A DNA stretch of 63,631 bases, counting the filler, from Octopus bimaculoides (lineage: Eukaryota): assembly GCF_001194135.2 (NCBI RefSeq). It is 7 parts of 7 records of this genome, joined end to end, with 100 filler letters (N's around TTAATTAATTAA, not from the genome) between each part and the next. Parts side by side here need not be neighbours in the genome. Positions count along the whole stretch, not along the records: positions 1 to 17,951 come from NC_068995.1; positions 18,052 to 37,506 come from NC_068991.1; 5 more parts are not named here. One strand, 5' to 3'. This document shows, one piece after another, positions 11,077 through 23,100 of this stretch (its first letter is position 1; the number at the start of each line of letters is the position of its first letter). Made by a program: the position numbers and the translations under genes. Under the pieces are notes generated by a model, which was not told the DNA's origin, did no database searches, and saw only the letters and a program-made list of their open reading frames with translations.

Positions 11077-12674
11077 GTTGTTATTATTATTATTATTATT
11101 ACAATTATTACTATTATTACTACTACTGTTATTATTATTATTATTACTATTATTATTATTATTACTATTATTATTAACCTGACATCTATGCAGTCAGATT
11201 CAGTTTAATACTCCTGCCATGCCCGGTCCTTGTTCTAACACTCACAGTTGTAACGTTCTCCTTCTCCACCATTTCTCTCCATTTCTCATCAGTTTCATCT
11301 ACCGTTAAGTGTTTCGAAAAGATAGCTCTGTTCCTTATCATTTGATTCAGTGTCTAAGTTTAATTTAATCATTTTGATTTTTCAAATTAAATAGCTTTTC
11401 TTCAAGGGTAACTTTACAACATTCATCTAATTCCTTAATTACGATGATATATCAATGCTGCAATCCTTAAACGCAAAAAGCAACACCAAACATATTTTTT
11501 AGTAGCTTCTTCAGCTGGCTGCTGTTGTCTTTTGTGGTGAGTAATTTCAAAATTTCCATATACTGAAGATGGTTTACAGTTTTTTTTATACGCTTTAAGC
11601 AATTTTAAGCATTCATTCAGCAAATTTCTTAATGGAGTCAAAGCTAGACAGAAGACTAGGGTGGGCGGGGGACAGTTAAGGAGTTTCAATGGAGAATGCA
11701 TTTTTCCCATAAGAATAAGGTTGGGTATTTTTTATCATTTTCTCTTTATTGTTACAATGCTATTGATGTATTCAATTTGACATGCATGATTGATATAGTG
11801 CTTTGGTATTGGGTCTTCTTTGTTGTCTTCAATATCGAAGACTATGGTATGCTGTCAGAGTTTTTTTCCAGTAATCAATCCATACCATGCATGGAATTAT
11901 TTTGTTTCGTTTTTTTTTTTTTATATATATATTTATTTCTCTTGGTTATTTCTCTTTCTGCTGTCTTTAATAACTGCTCGGTTTACCAGTAGCTATTCTT
12001 TACATCAATAATACATCCATTTTCTCATCCATTTCCTTCTCCCACGCCATTTCTATTCTTCTGATAAGACTTTGCTATCTTTCAGATGAGCAGACAATAT
12101 AGATGTCAGGGTTTGCTATATATTTTCCTTTTTAAACAGTTTATTGTTCCATAATTTGAGGAGAGGTTCTTTGGTGTTTTTCCTCTGTTTTTTGTCTTGC
12201 TTTTATTCTTTTTTTCTTTTGCGGGTAAGAATTGATATTCTCTCACCCACCCTGCGATAGGAAATGCAGTCAAGAGTTGATTTTGGCTTGACCTGGATTT
12301 TCCCTCCAATAAATCCGTTCAATAATTTTTTATTTTTCACATTTTAATACATACTGGTTAAGTATTGTTATCTTCAGTTGAAGACTTTAAAACCAATTCA
12401 AGGAAGTTTTTAGTTGGTGGTGGCCTTCATTTTTGCTATTAAATTCCAGTTAGCAAAGCTGGATTATTTTTGTGGTACAACAGCATTTAATGCTCTTTCA
12501 AAACCACTGTGCATATCTATCGCACCGTATATTTCCGTTCCAAATATTCACCCAGTCATCAGAATCAACGTTGTTGTCGTCGTCGTCGTCGTCATTATCA
12601 TCATCATCAGCAGTAGCAGCAGCATCAACATCATCATCGTTGTCGTTATTATTATTATTATTATTATTATTATT

Positions 12675-12891
12675 GAGTGAGAGAGCACGACATGTCATCA
12701 AAGTGACACTGGGGTAAAATATACGAAGCTCATTATACCCATCATGACTAGCGGTCTGATAAGGGTACACCAGGCACATGCATCACAACCATAGGTGCGT
12801 GACATGGTGTTCTCATATCAAGATAAACAGCGCATGACCTAGCAGGTGGGGCCCAGTTAGAATTTTCTTCAGGTCGAGTAGTCCATCCCGC

Positions 12892-12892
<1 letters not shown>
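12675..12892 (-). mobile_element. Repeat family D 3' portion with (TAA)n tail
   Basis: Minus strand ends ...CTCTCTCACTC(AAT)n. Confidence 0.7.
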
Positions 12893-12936
<44 letters not shown>

Positions 12937-13215
12937 GAAAACTCACAGCTTATTTTGCTGGGTATGATATAAAGGGTCATCTGTCCACAGCCAGCAGACT
13001 GAGGTGACACTTATTTTACTGGTCATGCTTCAAGAACCCTGCGAAGAATTCTTGGAGTTCCAAGCAATGCTGACTTTTGTAGGTGTTCTCCCTTCACACT
13101 TGCACCAATCTTTTTCAGCCATGTTGGTAGTTGAGTGCTGATACTTCCAAGTGCACCAATTACTATTGGTATCACGTCTACTCTCCTCATTGACCACAAC
13201 CTTCATATTTCCCAC
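12893..13215 (-). mobile_element. R4/Dong-like LINE 3' end with UTR and (TAA)n tail
   Basis: Minus strand reads RVDVIPIVIGALGSISTQLPTWLKKIGASVKGEHLQKSALLGTPRILRRVLEA*, then a short UTR and (TAA)n. Confidence 0.85.
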
Positions 13216-13308
13216 TTCAAATTGTCATAGTTGTTGATTTTTTTCTTCTTTCACATTGATCGTGTTGTCACCGGGGCATGCTAGGTCGATTATCATACAT
13301 GTTCTTTC

Positions 13309-13342
<34 letters not shown>

Positions 13343-13343
<1 letters not shown>

Positions 13344-13560
13344 GAACTGTGAGCTATCAGAATCATTAGCACGCCGGGCAAAATGCTTAAGTGGTATTTC
13401 GTCTGACGCTAGGTTCTGGATTCAAATTCCTCCGAGGTCGAATTTGCCTATCATCCTTTCGGAATTGATTAAATAAGTACCAGTTATGCACTGGGGTCGA
13501 TGTAATCGACTTAATCCTTCCCCCAAAATTTGAGGCCTTGTGCTTCCGGTAGAAAAGATT
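13343..13560 (+). mobile_element. SINE family A
   Basis: Head, central motif and tail colinear with the other copies. Flanked by (TTA)n. Confidence 0.8.
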
Positions 13561-13588
13561 ATTATTATTATTGTTGTTGCTGTTGTTG

Positions 13589-13637
<49 letters not shown>

Positions 13638-13692
13638 CATTATTATTATTATTATCATTATTATTATTATTATTATTATTACTATTGTTATT

Positions 13693-13910
13693 AAAGCGGC
13701 GAGCTGGCAGAATTATTAGCACGCTTGACGAAATGCTTAGCAGTATTTCGCCCATCGCTACGTTCTATGTTCAAATTCCGCCGAGGTCGACTTTACCGTT
13801 CATCCTTTCGGGGTCGATAAATTAAGTACTAGCTGAGTACTGGGGACGATGTAATCGACTGTCCTCCCTCCCCCAAATTTCAGGCCCTTGTACCTATAAT
13901 AGAAAGGATC
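13693..13910 (+). mobile_element. SINE family A
   Basis: AAAGCGGCGAGCTGGCAGAATT...GTTCAAATTCCGCCGAGGTCGACTTT...CATCCTTTCGGGGTCGATAAA. Confidence 0.85.
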
Positions 13911-14204
13911 ATTACTATTGGTATTGTTGTTGCTGTTATGTTTCGGTTTTGCTTTAATTTATTCGAGTTGCACCGAAGCCTCAACCAGAGACGTTAAGGT
14001 ACAACGAAGTTTTGCACCCGAAAATGTTAACAGATAAAGCTCAATGCAATTATAAATAATGATGTCTGTAGGAGACAAAAGAAACAGAGAGTAAGGTTTC
14101 ATTTACATGGAGAGGAATCTTTATGTAGAATATTTCAGATGCCCATAAGCACGATCTTATCTTGGGGCTGCCAGGGGTTTGGTCTACATACGTGTTTGCG
14201 TGTT

Positions 14205-14400
14205 GAGGTGCGTGGTTGAGTGGTTAGGGTGTTGAACTTACGAGCGTAAGATCGTGCCTTCGATTCCTGGACCGGGTGATGCATTGTGTTCTTGAGCAAA
14301 ACACTTCATTTCACATTGTGCCAGTCCACTCAGCTGTAGAAATGAGTTTAGACTGGAGATGGATGGGCTGTGTCAGGCCCTCTTTTCCTAGATACTTAGT
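14205..14400 (+). mobile_element. SINE family C head with an alternative tail
   Basis: GAGTGGTTAGGG...CTTCGATTCC...TTGAGCAAAACACTTCATTTCAC...CAGTCCACTCAGCTG. 3' part differs from the 8942 and 19894 copies. Confidence 0.7.
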
Positions 14401-14439
14401 ATGGCTGCAGCGCCCCGACGACCCTTTAAGGGGTTAAGG

Positions 14440-15185
14440 GACTTGTCAACTTGTTTGCTCCTCTTGATAACATACCATTCCAAGTGCCCTAATGTTGATG
14501 TTTTGAGAGGCTACATTCTTCCAGTTTCAATCTCTGCGTCCTTATACTCGCTCAGTTTTTCAAACGTTTTCAGAAATGTGTCTTTGTCGGCCATTATTAT
14601 TCAAAGGCTATTAAATGTTAATTTTAATTAGCTAGAATGTTAACCTCAGTCTTAAGTGACAACAAGTTTTCTCAAATCTCAAGTTTCTTTGTTAGGATTC
14701 TTGCAGAATATAGAAAGGCACTTATCTGCAACTCGACAATACGTGTCTCAATTCCAAAATTCTTTGACTTCTTAAGCAACGGTTTAGATGTTGTGCCAAG
14801 AACACCAATTGCCGCAGAAACAATTTTCACCCTTGTGTTTTACATTCTCTTTATCTCTCTGGCTACGTCTTAACATTTCTCTATTTTCTCAATTTCTTTT
14901 GTATCCACTCAAAAATAATTTGGCATTGCAAAGTCTATGCTCACATTGATTTTGTTTTGTTTTTTCTGACCTCTCCAATCATATTTCATCTCTTTTACTT
15001 CAATACTATGGTCAGTATCCATGGAAAAATCCCATAAAACCCTGTATTTATCATCCACCATCACAACCTCTGGTTCATGTTCGTACCGCATTTCCGTCTC
15101 TTCGAATCCACAAACTTGGCTAACATCCCAATGCGCTCTTTATCCACATAGTCATGCCTACGCTTATGCATTTTTGCATTATTTT
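14440..15185 (-). mobile_element. Two R4/Dong-like RLE-domain fragments in tandem (14640-15185 and 14440-14600)
   Basis: Minus strand reads KRRHDYV...YEHEPEVVMVDDKYRVLWDFSMDTDHSIE...IDFAMP...IEKIEK...IGVLGTT...LQ.SAFLYSARIL; second piece reads FEKLSEYKDAEIETGRM. Confidence 0.82.
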
Positions 15186-16449
15186 ACTGAATTCACTTAG
15201 GGAAAAATAATTTTTGAGGACACAAAATAGATTTATATAATATATAAAAACATAAAAATACAACAATTAAATAAATAGAAAGAGTTATAAACTCAGTCAG
15301 TTACAATTTTACTAGTAAACGGCCAAAACAACGGTGTAAATGCAAAGTTAAATAACAACCAAAGATCGCCAACAACAGAAGCAACTCGTCGTTTGTTAAT
15401 GTTGCAAATCATAAAGGAAAACTAAACGCCAGTCAAGTCCAAGCAAACTAAAAAAAAAACTGTAAAAGTGATTGTTTCTACTCGAATAATTTATCAATAA
15501 AAGAGTAAGAAAGAAACATATTTGTATTTTCCAAACATTATTGAAGTAGGGGAGGCTTTTTAGATGTCCAGGGAAGAAAATTTGACGGATGCATGTTCAA
15601 ATGATCGAGGAAGACACATTAAATCATGTGTTTGTTGGTTTGATGTTAAAGCTAAAGGATGAGGTAAGAAGAAACCAAAAAAGCTAATATGACAAATAAT
15701 TATCCAAAGATTTGTGCTGCAGTACGAATCGAAATAAGCATAAGGGTAAGGTTAAAAGATACTGGTGCTTAGTTTGTGGGTGCGAAAGTAACCTGAAAGA
15801 ACTTGAGGCTGAATGGATTATGGAAATCCAAATGCTGGTATCCAACGCTGAATTCTACGACGTTATCACAGAGTTGTACATCTCTGTGTAATCGGACAAA
15901 TATTCAATCAAACTAGGACTAGTTTGTTGGGAAGAAGGCTTAGTTTCTATATGTGTGGCTGTTATAATCTGCTAAGAGCCAGCTGCTTTGATATGAGAAA
16001 GCTAGTAAGGCAGACGGCTTAGTTGCTACAGTAGTGTGTAGGGCAGGAGACTTAGTTGCTACATGTGTGGCAGCTATAACCCGCTAAGAGCCGGCTACGT
16101 TGATGTGAGAAATCCAGAAAAAAAGAAAAGTTACACCAGACTACAGCAGAGACAGCAACAACAGAAATGAAGACCATGGTTGCTGATACACTGTTTCAAC
16201 TAAGCACCGGTGGAAATTCTCACGAGGGTTAGAGCGAAAGTAAACATGTCCGAAATATCTCGTCCTCAATGTCACCAGCACTTGGTGAACTTCGCTTGTT
16301 AATGATTCAAGAAAAAAAAGAATATTGGACGAATTACGACTCAAGGGCCCACGACACTTTGCCATACGTCGAAAAAGGAATTTCAGGGCTTTCCCATTGG
16401 CTTGATAAATAATTTACTACAATTAAAACTACGCGGATATCCAGTCAGC

Positions 16450-16800
16450 CGCTGAGTATTTCATTGAAAGCATCGCATGTTTGCGTGAAAATCAACACGG
16501 CCAAAACAAGGGTTGTATTAGCTAGTGTCTCGCCCTCTGAAAGGGTTCCAGTCATATTCAAGACAACATTCTGGAATATATCGACCAATTCAAGTACTTC
16601 AGCGCTATCTTCACTGCCAAAAACCAAAATAAATTAGAGATAGACGTCTGTATCAATTGAGCGCGCAGTGCATTTTATCTTCTTCAAAGTTTGCTTTGAC
16701 CTAGGACGGAAATCTCTATGGCCTCATAGATTATAAATTCGCATCTAATACAGACGTCCGTCCAGACCGTATTTAGAGGAGGTTTAGTTAGAAAAGCGTA
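16450..16800 (+). mobile_element. RTE-clade LINE reverse-transcriptase fragment
   Basis: Reads KINTAKTRV, then (frameshift) ILEYIDQFKYFSAIFT...LEIDVCIN*ARSAFYLL...RTEIS, matching the RTE LE.VD.FKYLGS...EI..RI..ARSAF pattern. Confidence 0.65.
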
Positions 16801-17951
16801 TAGAGATAGCATTTTCGAGTGATCCATAACACGGGCCACAGTCTTGTAAAATATACGGTCTACTTAAATAGGATATGGAGATAGCGACATGGTGAGTTGA
16901 ACATGTTTTTTTTTCTTTTTTTTACGGCAAGAAAACTAGCAAGGAACAGATGAGGAGAGGAGAGAATCTTGGGGTAAATTGGGAATAAAAAAGATAGTGC
17001 ATTATGGGTGGGTGTGAGAGAGAAAATCACTGTATCAGTAAGTTATAGCTTAGAAGTAAAGGCAGAAAGGATTAGACAGGTAGTGTGGTTAATAATTAAT
17101 TTAGAAGAGTTTAGCTGCATTTTCTGAGCCTGGGTGAACTTGGATCGTCATGGAATCTAGTTATAATATAGTCAACTTATCGGGTGATCAGTCTTGACTC
17201 TCTATTGTCTGGTTGAAAATGATAACGATATGAGAAAACTTCGATATGGAAACTAAGAAAGGTTTCCTAAGGAAATGCGTCAAAAGTTTATCGCAAATTA
17301 GAAAATTCCATTGGTGCAAAACATATGGTGAAAACTAAGGATGGGAATTAGGTGAAGAAATGTGGCTGGTGATAATAATTGTATGGAGCTGAAAATAGTT
17401 CTTAAAGTTGACCTCGGTTAACTGGGATTGGCTGGCAGACAATCTACCGATGATGATTATCAAGTAAAAGAGAAGGACAACGTGGATTTTCAGGAATGCT
17501 CGTCATGCTAGCTTCATTTGCTGATGCTGTCAAATAAATAAATGAATAAATAAATAAATAAATGAAAAAAGAAATGAGTGTTGTCTAAAGAAAGCGTACA
17601 AAGATGATACAAAAAGCATACAAATATAACAGCATATGAATATGCATGCAAAATAAAGAAAGGTAGAAACAATAATTAATGATAATGATATCATTAAAAA
17701 TTACGTAACAATTCTGGAAATATTTTCAGAGAGAGATAATTTCATATGATTGAGAATCGCAGCAAATGCAAAAGAGTCGAGAGGAAATCACTACTCGATG
17801 GTGTGGTTTACGTGAGGGATGGAGAAGTTGGGGATAATAATTGTGGAGGTGGATGTTGGTGCCGGTGGCGGTGGTAGTGGTGGTGGTGGTGTTGGTGGTG
17901 GTGGTGTTGGTGGTGGTGGTAGTGGTGGTGGTGATAGTTGGGATTGTGGTT

Positions 17952-18051
17952 NNNNNNNNNNNNNNNNNNNNNNNNNNNNNNNNNNNNNNNNNNNNTTAAT
18001 TAATTAANNNNNNNNNNNNNNNNNNNNNNNNNNNNNNNNNNNNNNNNNNNN
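17952..18051. other. Artificial scaffold join: 44 N + TTAATTAATTAA + 44 N
   Basis: Linker at 17996-18007. Identical joins have linkers at 37551, 39796, 42515, 50669 and 62323. The linker is a stop codon in all six frames. Confidence 0.95.
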
Positions 18052-18239
18052 AGTTAAAATATATTTGTGACATATTTCAACTGCTAAGAGCAAATTCACT
18101 ACAGCACGGTAGCTGCTGTGAATTTGCCTTTATCAGTTGAAATATGACACAAACATATTTTAACTATCCTAAAGCATAGCCACAGTCTGATGACTCTAAT
18201 AAGGAAAGAATAAAGGATACACGCACGCACACACACGCA

Positions 18240-18287
<48 letters not shown>

Positions 18288-18402
18288 CATTAACATACAG
18301 ACACACGTATATGTATGTATAATATATTGTATTATATTATTTTATATAATATCATGAAATATTATATTATGTAACGGTATATTATATATTTTGTAATTGA
18401 AG

Positions 18403-18529
18403 GATCAGATTTGGTGAACCTGAGTTTCAGGAAGTAGTTGACGACTTGAGATTTATCTTCAACAATCTAAATTCATTTATGCCAGAGAATTTCTTTCCAT
18501 TTCTGAGATTTTTCCAATGGAATTCTCTC
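18403..18529 (+). CDS. Clan-2 cytochrome P450 gene 1, first exon visible in this scaffold (upstream exons absent)
   Basis: AG at 18401-02 and GTAAGT at 18530. Reads (R)IRFGEPEFQEVVDDLRFIFNNLNSFMPENFFPFLRFFQWNSL, which aligns with the CYP2-type RFDYEDPEF...FP.LRF region. Ends in phase 0. Confidence 0.85.
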
Positions 18530-19623
18530 GTAAGTATAAGCACTTCATATTGAAATTTGAATGATATTAAATCAAGTTTTGAACCCAGAAAATATAGCTT
18601 TGCCAAACTCAAAATTCTATCTTAACCTTATTGTGACTGTTCAATGTGTTAGGAGAAAATTGCCAGATCAATATAGTACCAGAATTTGATTTTCAAGTAA
18701 TAAAATTAATGTCTTATTTAAACCTTTCCGATGTCGACATTTTTCTCGGATATGTTGATTTACCTTTACACCTCTCCTCCATGTTAAGTTTCTTCTATGA
18801 CCATTCAACTTTGCCTAATAATTATCACTAATTCTCCAACGAAGTTGGGCCTACAATGAAGACAATAGTAACGTTTGCATTTTATAAATACCCACATATA
18901 TATCTGTAAAAGGTTGATAGTTGCAATAGAGACATTAGTCTCTCTCTCTATCACCTTTCAACGAAATTATATATTAAGAAACAGTAGGACAATTAACAAC
19001 ATAATAAAAATAAGTTCTATTTTTGGTGATGCTTGGTTTTACAAATCCTGTGTCATTCAGCCTGGTAGTCGCTGGTTAATTTGTAATCAGCATCGGAAGG
19101 TTAAAAGCTTCGTTGAGGGATCTGAAAGGAGCAAGTTGTTGTCACGTCGAAGGTATCATGCTGAAGAGGCTTAGAAAACGAAAGAAGCGCTTTAAGTACT
19201 GGTTTTACTACGCATGCGCACTCGAGGGGCTTCCGGGAAGGCAAGTCCCTTGCGCATGCGTAGATTGTACTTCCTTAATGGCGGCCATAATTTCGCGCCA
19301 CTACATATCAATATAATTTATAATACTTTTATACTTCCACAAAACAATTTGTTTAGTAAAATATCTTAATTATAAAGAGTTTTGTTTGTAAATAATATTG
19401 TCTTTTACAGATGTGGCATAAGACAATCGTGGATACAATTTGTATTAATTAATGAATATAGCTGATTGATTTGGCTTAGCATAACGATTATATTTATTCT
19501 GTTGACTACAAAAGCAGGAAATTCGAGTCCAGCGTAGAACGTTAATGAATGTAGATGAAAACAAAATGCTATAAAACGCTTAGTTGGATACATAGGCCAC
19601 TGATGCTAATTTTTTCACAATAG

Positions 19624-19780
19624 CTAGAAAAAATTATCAAGACGAACAATAAGATCCGAAATTATGTAAAAGAGAAAATCAGGGAACATAAGGAAACATA
19701 CAATGGTGACTACATAAGAGATTTCGTTGACGTCTACTTACTCACACTTGAGAAGGAACCAAACAATGAATCTTTATCTG
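19624..19780 (+). CDS. Cytochrome P450 gene 1 exon (G/H helices)
   Basis: TAG acceptor and GTGAGT donor. Reads LEKIIKTNNKIRNYVKEKIREHKETYNGDYIRDFVDVYLLTLEKEPNNESLS with the CYP2 RDFVD motif. Phase 0 to 1. Confidence 0.92.
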
Positions 19781-19893
19781 GTGAGTTACACGAACTGTTA
19801 TGTTTCTCTTGTTTCGTTCAAGATATTACATATAGAAAATAAAATTTATTTCATACAAAAAGAAAAAGAGAATATTACGTAAGTATAATTGTT

Positions 19894-20265
19894 GGCACTC
19901 CGTCGCTTACGACGTCGAGGATTCCAGTTGATCCGATCAACGGAACAGCCTGCTCGTGAAATTAACGTGAATGTGGTTGAGCACTCCACAGACACTAGTA
20001 CCCTTAACGTAGTTCTCGGGGAAATTCAGCGTGACACCGTGTGACAAGGCTGACCCTTTGAATTACAGGCACAACAGAAACAGGAAGTAAGAGAATGTTG
20101 TGGCGAATGAGTACAGCAGGGTTCGCCGCCATCCCCTGCCGGAGCCTCGTGGAGCTGTAGGTGTTTTCGATCAATAAACACTCACAACGCCCGGTATGGG
20201 AATCGAAACCACGATCTTATGACCGCGAGTCCGCTGCCCTAACCACTGGGCCATTGCGCCTCCAC
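19894..20265 (-). mobile_element. SINE family C, full length, in a P450 intron
   Basis: Minus-strand head GTGGAGGCGCAATGGCCCAGTGGTTAGGG...GTTTCGATTCCC. Candidate target-site duplication CGTAAGTAT at 19878 and 20267. Confidence 0.85.
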
Positions 20266-20493
20266 TCGTAAGTATTATAAATAAACGTTATATGGAACAT
20301 GCAATAAATTATTACTGAAAGAACGTATCATGATCATGACTAATTATAAAAATAATAAACAGAAGCATATATATTTTCTTTCTGCATTTATCTACACACA
20401 GACAGACATCCACATATATTCATCCATTCATAGATACATTCTTACGTACGGACGTACATAATACACACTCACACAGACATATACATATATGTA

Positions 20494-20540
<47 letters not shown>

Positions 20541-20649
20541 AGCATACATACATACATACATACATACATACATACATACATACATACATACATACATACA
20601 TACATACATACATACATACATACATACATGCATACATACATACAACAAA

Positions 20650-21665
20650 AGAGATACAAATGCAGGAAAAGCCGTAAAATGTGACAACCAATGCAGACTT
20701 AGTGGAGTTCACACTGAAGGTATCACCCACATCATAAGCAGTTGTCCGAAAATGTCATCACGATATTACATACCGATGAGATATGACGTTGTAGCTAGGA
20801 CACTCTATGTTGAAATCCGTCGGAAGGATAATCCCGAGGACAAAGAAATAAAAACCCACAAAGTGGTAGAAGCCATAGCCACTCGTAATGAAAAGGAATA
20901 CTGGTGGAATGTACCACTGATGACCTCAATAAAATGTAAGCACAACAGACCTGATATAATGATTTGGGATTGAGAAGAGAAACTGTGCACAGTTGTGGAA
21001 ATTAGCTGCCCATCGGATGTTAACATAAAGCTGAAGATCAGTGAAAAAGAGATCACCTACGCTGAACTATTGAGAAATCTGCAGTTACTCTATCCAGATT
21101 ACAGGTTCAGGTTTATACCTGTAATTCTTGGAGAACTGAGATATGTAACACACTGCCTAAATACCAATCTTAAGAAATTAGACTTCTCAAAACCAGAAAG
21201 GAGAAAATTAATTGGAAGACTAAAGATTCAATCCATCACTGGAACAGCAAAAATCAGTAAAACTTTCCAAAGGTTTATCATTTAAATATATATGAGCATG
21301 TCTAGATACGTAACTATATGCATGAGAAGACATACATAAAACATACAAATCTGTACATACATACATACATACATACATACACACATACAAACAAAAATAC
21401 CTGTTGTTGATGTTGAAATTCCAATAAAGGAACCTTGGATCTAGGTTAGAAACTGGTTCTTTCTCTATTGACAAGAAATCTTGAAATAAACTTAATAATG
21501 ACATACATACATACATACATACATACATACATACAAACAAAAATACCTGTTGTTGATGTTGAAATTCCAATGAAGGAACCTTGGATCTAGGTTAGAAACT
21601 GGTTCTTTCTCTATTAACAAGAAATATTGAAATAAACGTAATAATGACATACATACATACATACA
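20650..21665 (+). mobile_element. 5'-truncated RLE non-LTR retrotransposon with a tandemly duplicated 3' UTR and (TACA)n tails, in a P450 intron
   Basis: Reads [37 protein letters not shown]...HNRPDIMIWD*...VEISCPSDVNIKLKISEKEITYAELLRNLQ...FQRFII*. UTR units at 21387-21531 and 21532-21665. Confidence 0.9.
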
Positions 21666-21738
21666 TATACTTTATATTGTTTCGATTTACACAGTTATTA
21701 AAGTTGTTTAATTTTAATTATTTCTCCTACTTTTGTAG

Positions 21739-21875
21739 AAGAGAATATTTTCCAGGCGATTATGGATCTTTTTACGGCTGGAACAGACACAACATCTACC
21801 GTTCTTAACTGGGCTTTTATCCATATGGCCAAATATCCTGACATACAGGCCAAATGTCGAGTAGAAATCGAGAAG
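21739..21875 (+). CDS. Cytochrome P450 gene 1 exon (I helix)
   Basis: TAG acceptor and GTAAAA donor. Reads EENIFQAIMDLFTAGTDTTSTVLNWAFIHMAKYPDIQAKCRVEIEK, containing the AGTDTT oxygen-binding motif. Phase 1 to 0. Confidence 0.95.
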
Positions 21876-22030
21876 GTAAAAATGAGATTCTTTCATTTAT
21901 ATACTTCGTTTATTTTTATTAAAAATATTTCAATCTGTGCTATAAGATTGCGTAGTAAGTATCTTAACACTTACGTCGTTTGCCCTTGATATGTGCCAAC
22001 GACGACACACAACCTTAAACTTTAATACTG

Positions 22031-22098
<68 letters not shown>

Positions 22099-22769
22099 CG
22101 TGTGAGATTGTGTGTGTGACTCACCCTCTTACTTCTCCAAAATATTACTAAAAATATTAATAAAAAGTGCACATATACTCATATTCTTCCTTCTTGCACC
22201 AATATACATATATACATATACATACATACATGCATGCATTCATATATACATACACACACTCACACACACATATATATGTATATACGTAGACATATATGTA
22301 CATACATAAATACACACACAAGCAATGTATATATGCAAACAAAATGACACACATTTGCATCCATAAGACGTTGCGTCAGATTCAAACATAAATATGCTAA
22401 GCCCTGTCATATTTCACCGGCTGAGAACAATTCATTTCATAAATAAGACCCAGTTTTCTTAACTAGATCATCGATTTAGAGCTAGCTTTGACAGAAGAGA
22501 CAAAACCAGACCGAAATTTTGCAGTGTCATAACGTCCCATTTCCATCATGAATAGAGCACATTGTGAACGCACATTCCTTTGAAAGGATGTGTTCTCCGA
22601 ATCAGAAATACAACAGTGATTAGCATACTCATGTCGAATTTACCAGACTGTATTAAGAATGAATGGATTATATACACACGCACGCACACACACACACACA
22701 CACGGACACGCGCACATATTTAGAATATTAGAAATATAGATATTCATTGTAACGAATTGTTAATTTCAG

Positions 22770-22866
22770 ATCACCGATCTGAATAGACCTGTCACTATGG
22801 AAGACAAACGACACCTGACATACGTTGCAGCGACTCTACTTGAAGTCCAGAGAATTGCTCCTGTTG
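22770..22866 (+). CDS. Cytochrome P450 gene 1 exon (K helix)
   Basis: CAG acceptor and GTAAGC donor. Reads ITDLNRPVTMEDKRHLTYVAATLLEVQRIAPV with ExxR (EVQR). Phase 0 to 1. Too short to appear in the ORF track. Confidence 0.93.
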
Positions 22867-23100
22867 GTAAGCAAGCAGTGACATAACTTTTATTGTTGAA
22901 GAGAAGCTATTCCACACGCCATACTTTCTATATTTTGTCCAATAACGAAATGATTTTAGCACAAAAGAGAGAAAATGAATCATCACACATATAATGTGGG
23001 TATCAAATTATTAGATCCTTTGTCAAAGAAGAGTCAAAGAAGGGAAGTCTGTTAGAAGGAATTAATCATTTACATATTAGCGGACGCTCAATTTTATGTC

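Noticed and set aside
15940-16105. Two tandem CYMCG-like motifs resembling CCHC zinc knuckles
   Set aside because: Neither copy has the His or all three Cys, and there is no continuous frame.
19155-19205. CUGAAGA...GAAA hammerhead-like string; similar strings at ~1548, ~31570 (-), ~34618 and ~43019 (-)
   Set aside because: Stem I or II cannot form, or GAAA is missing.
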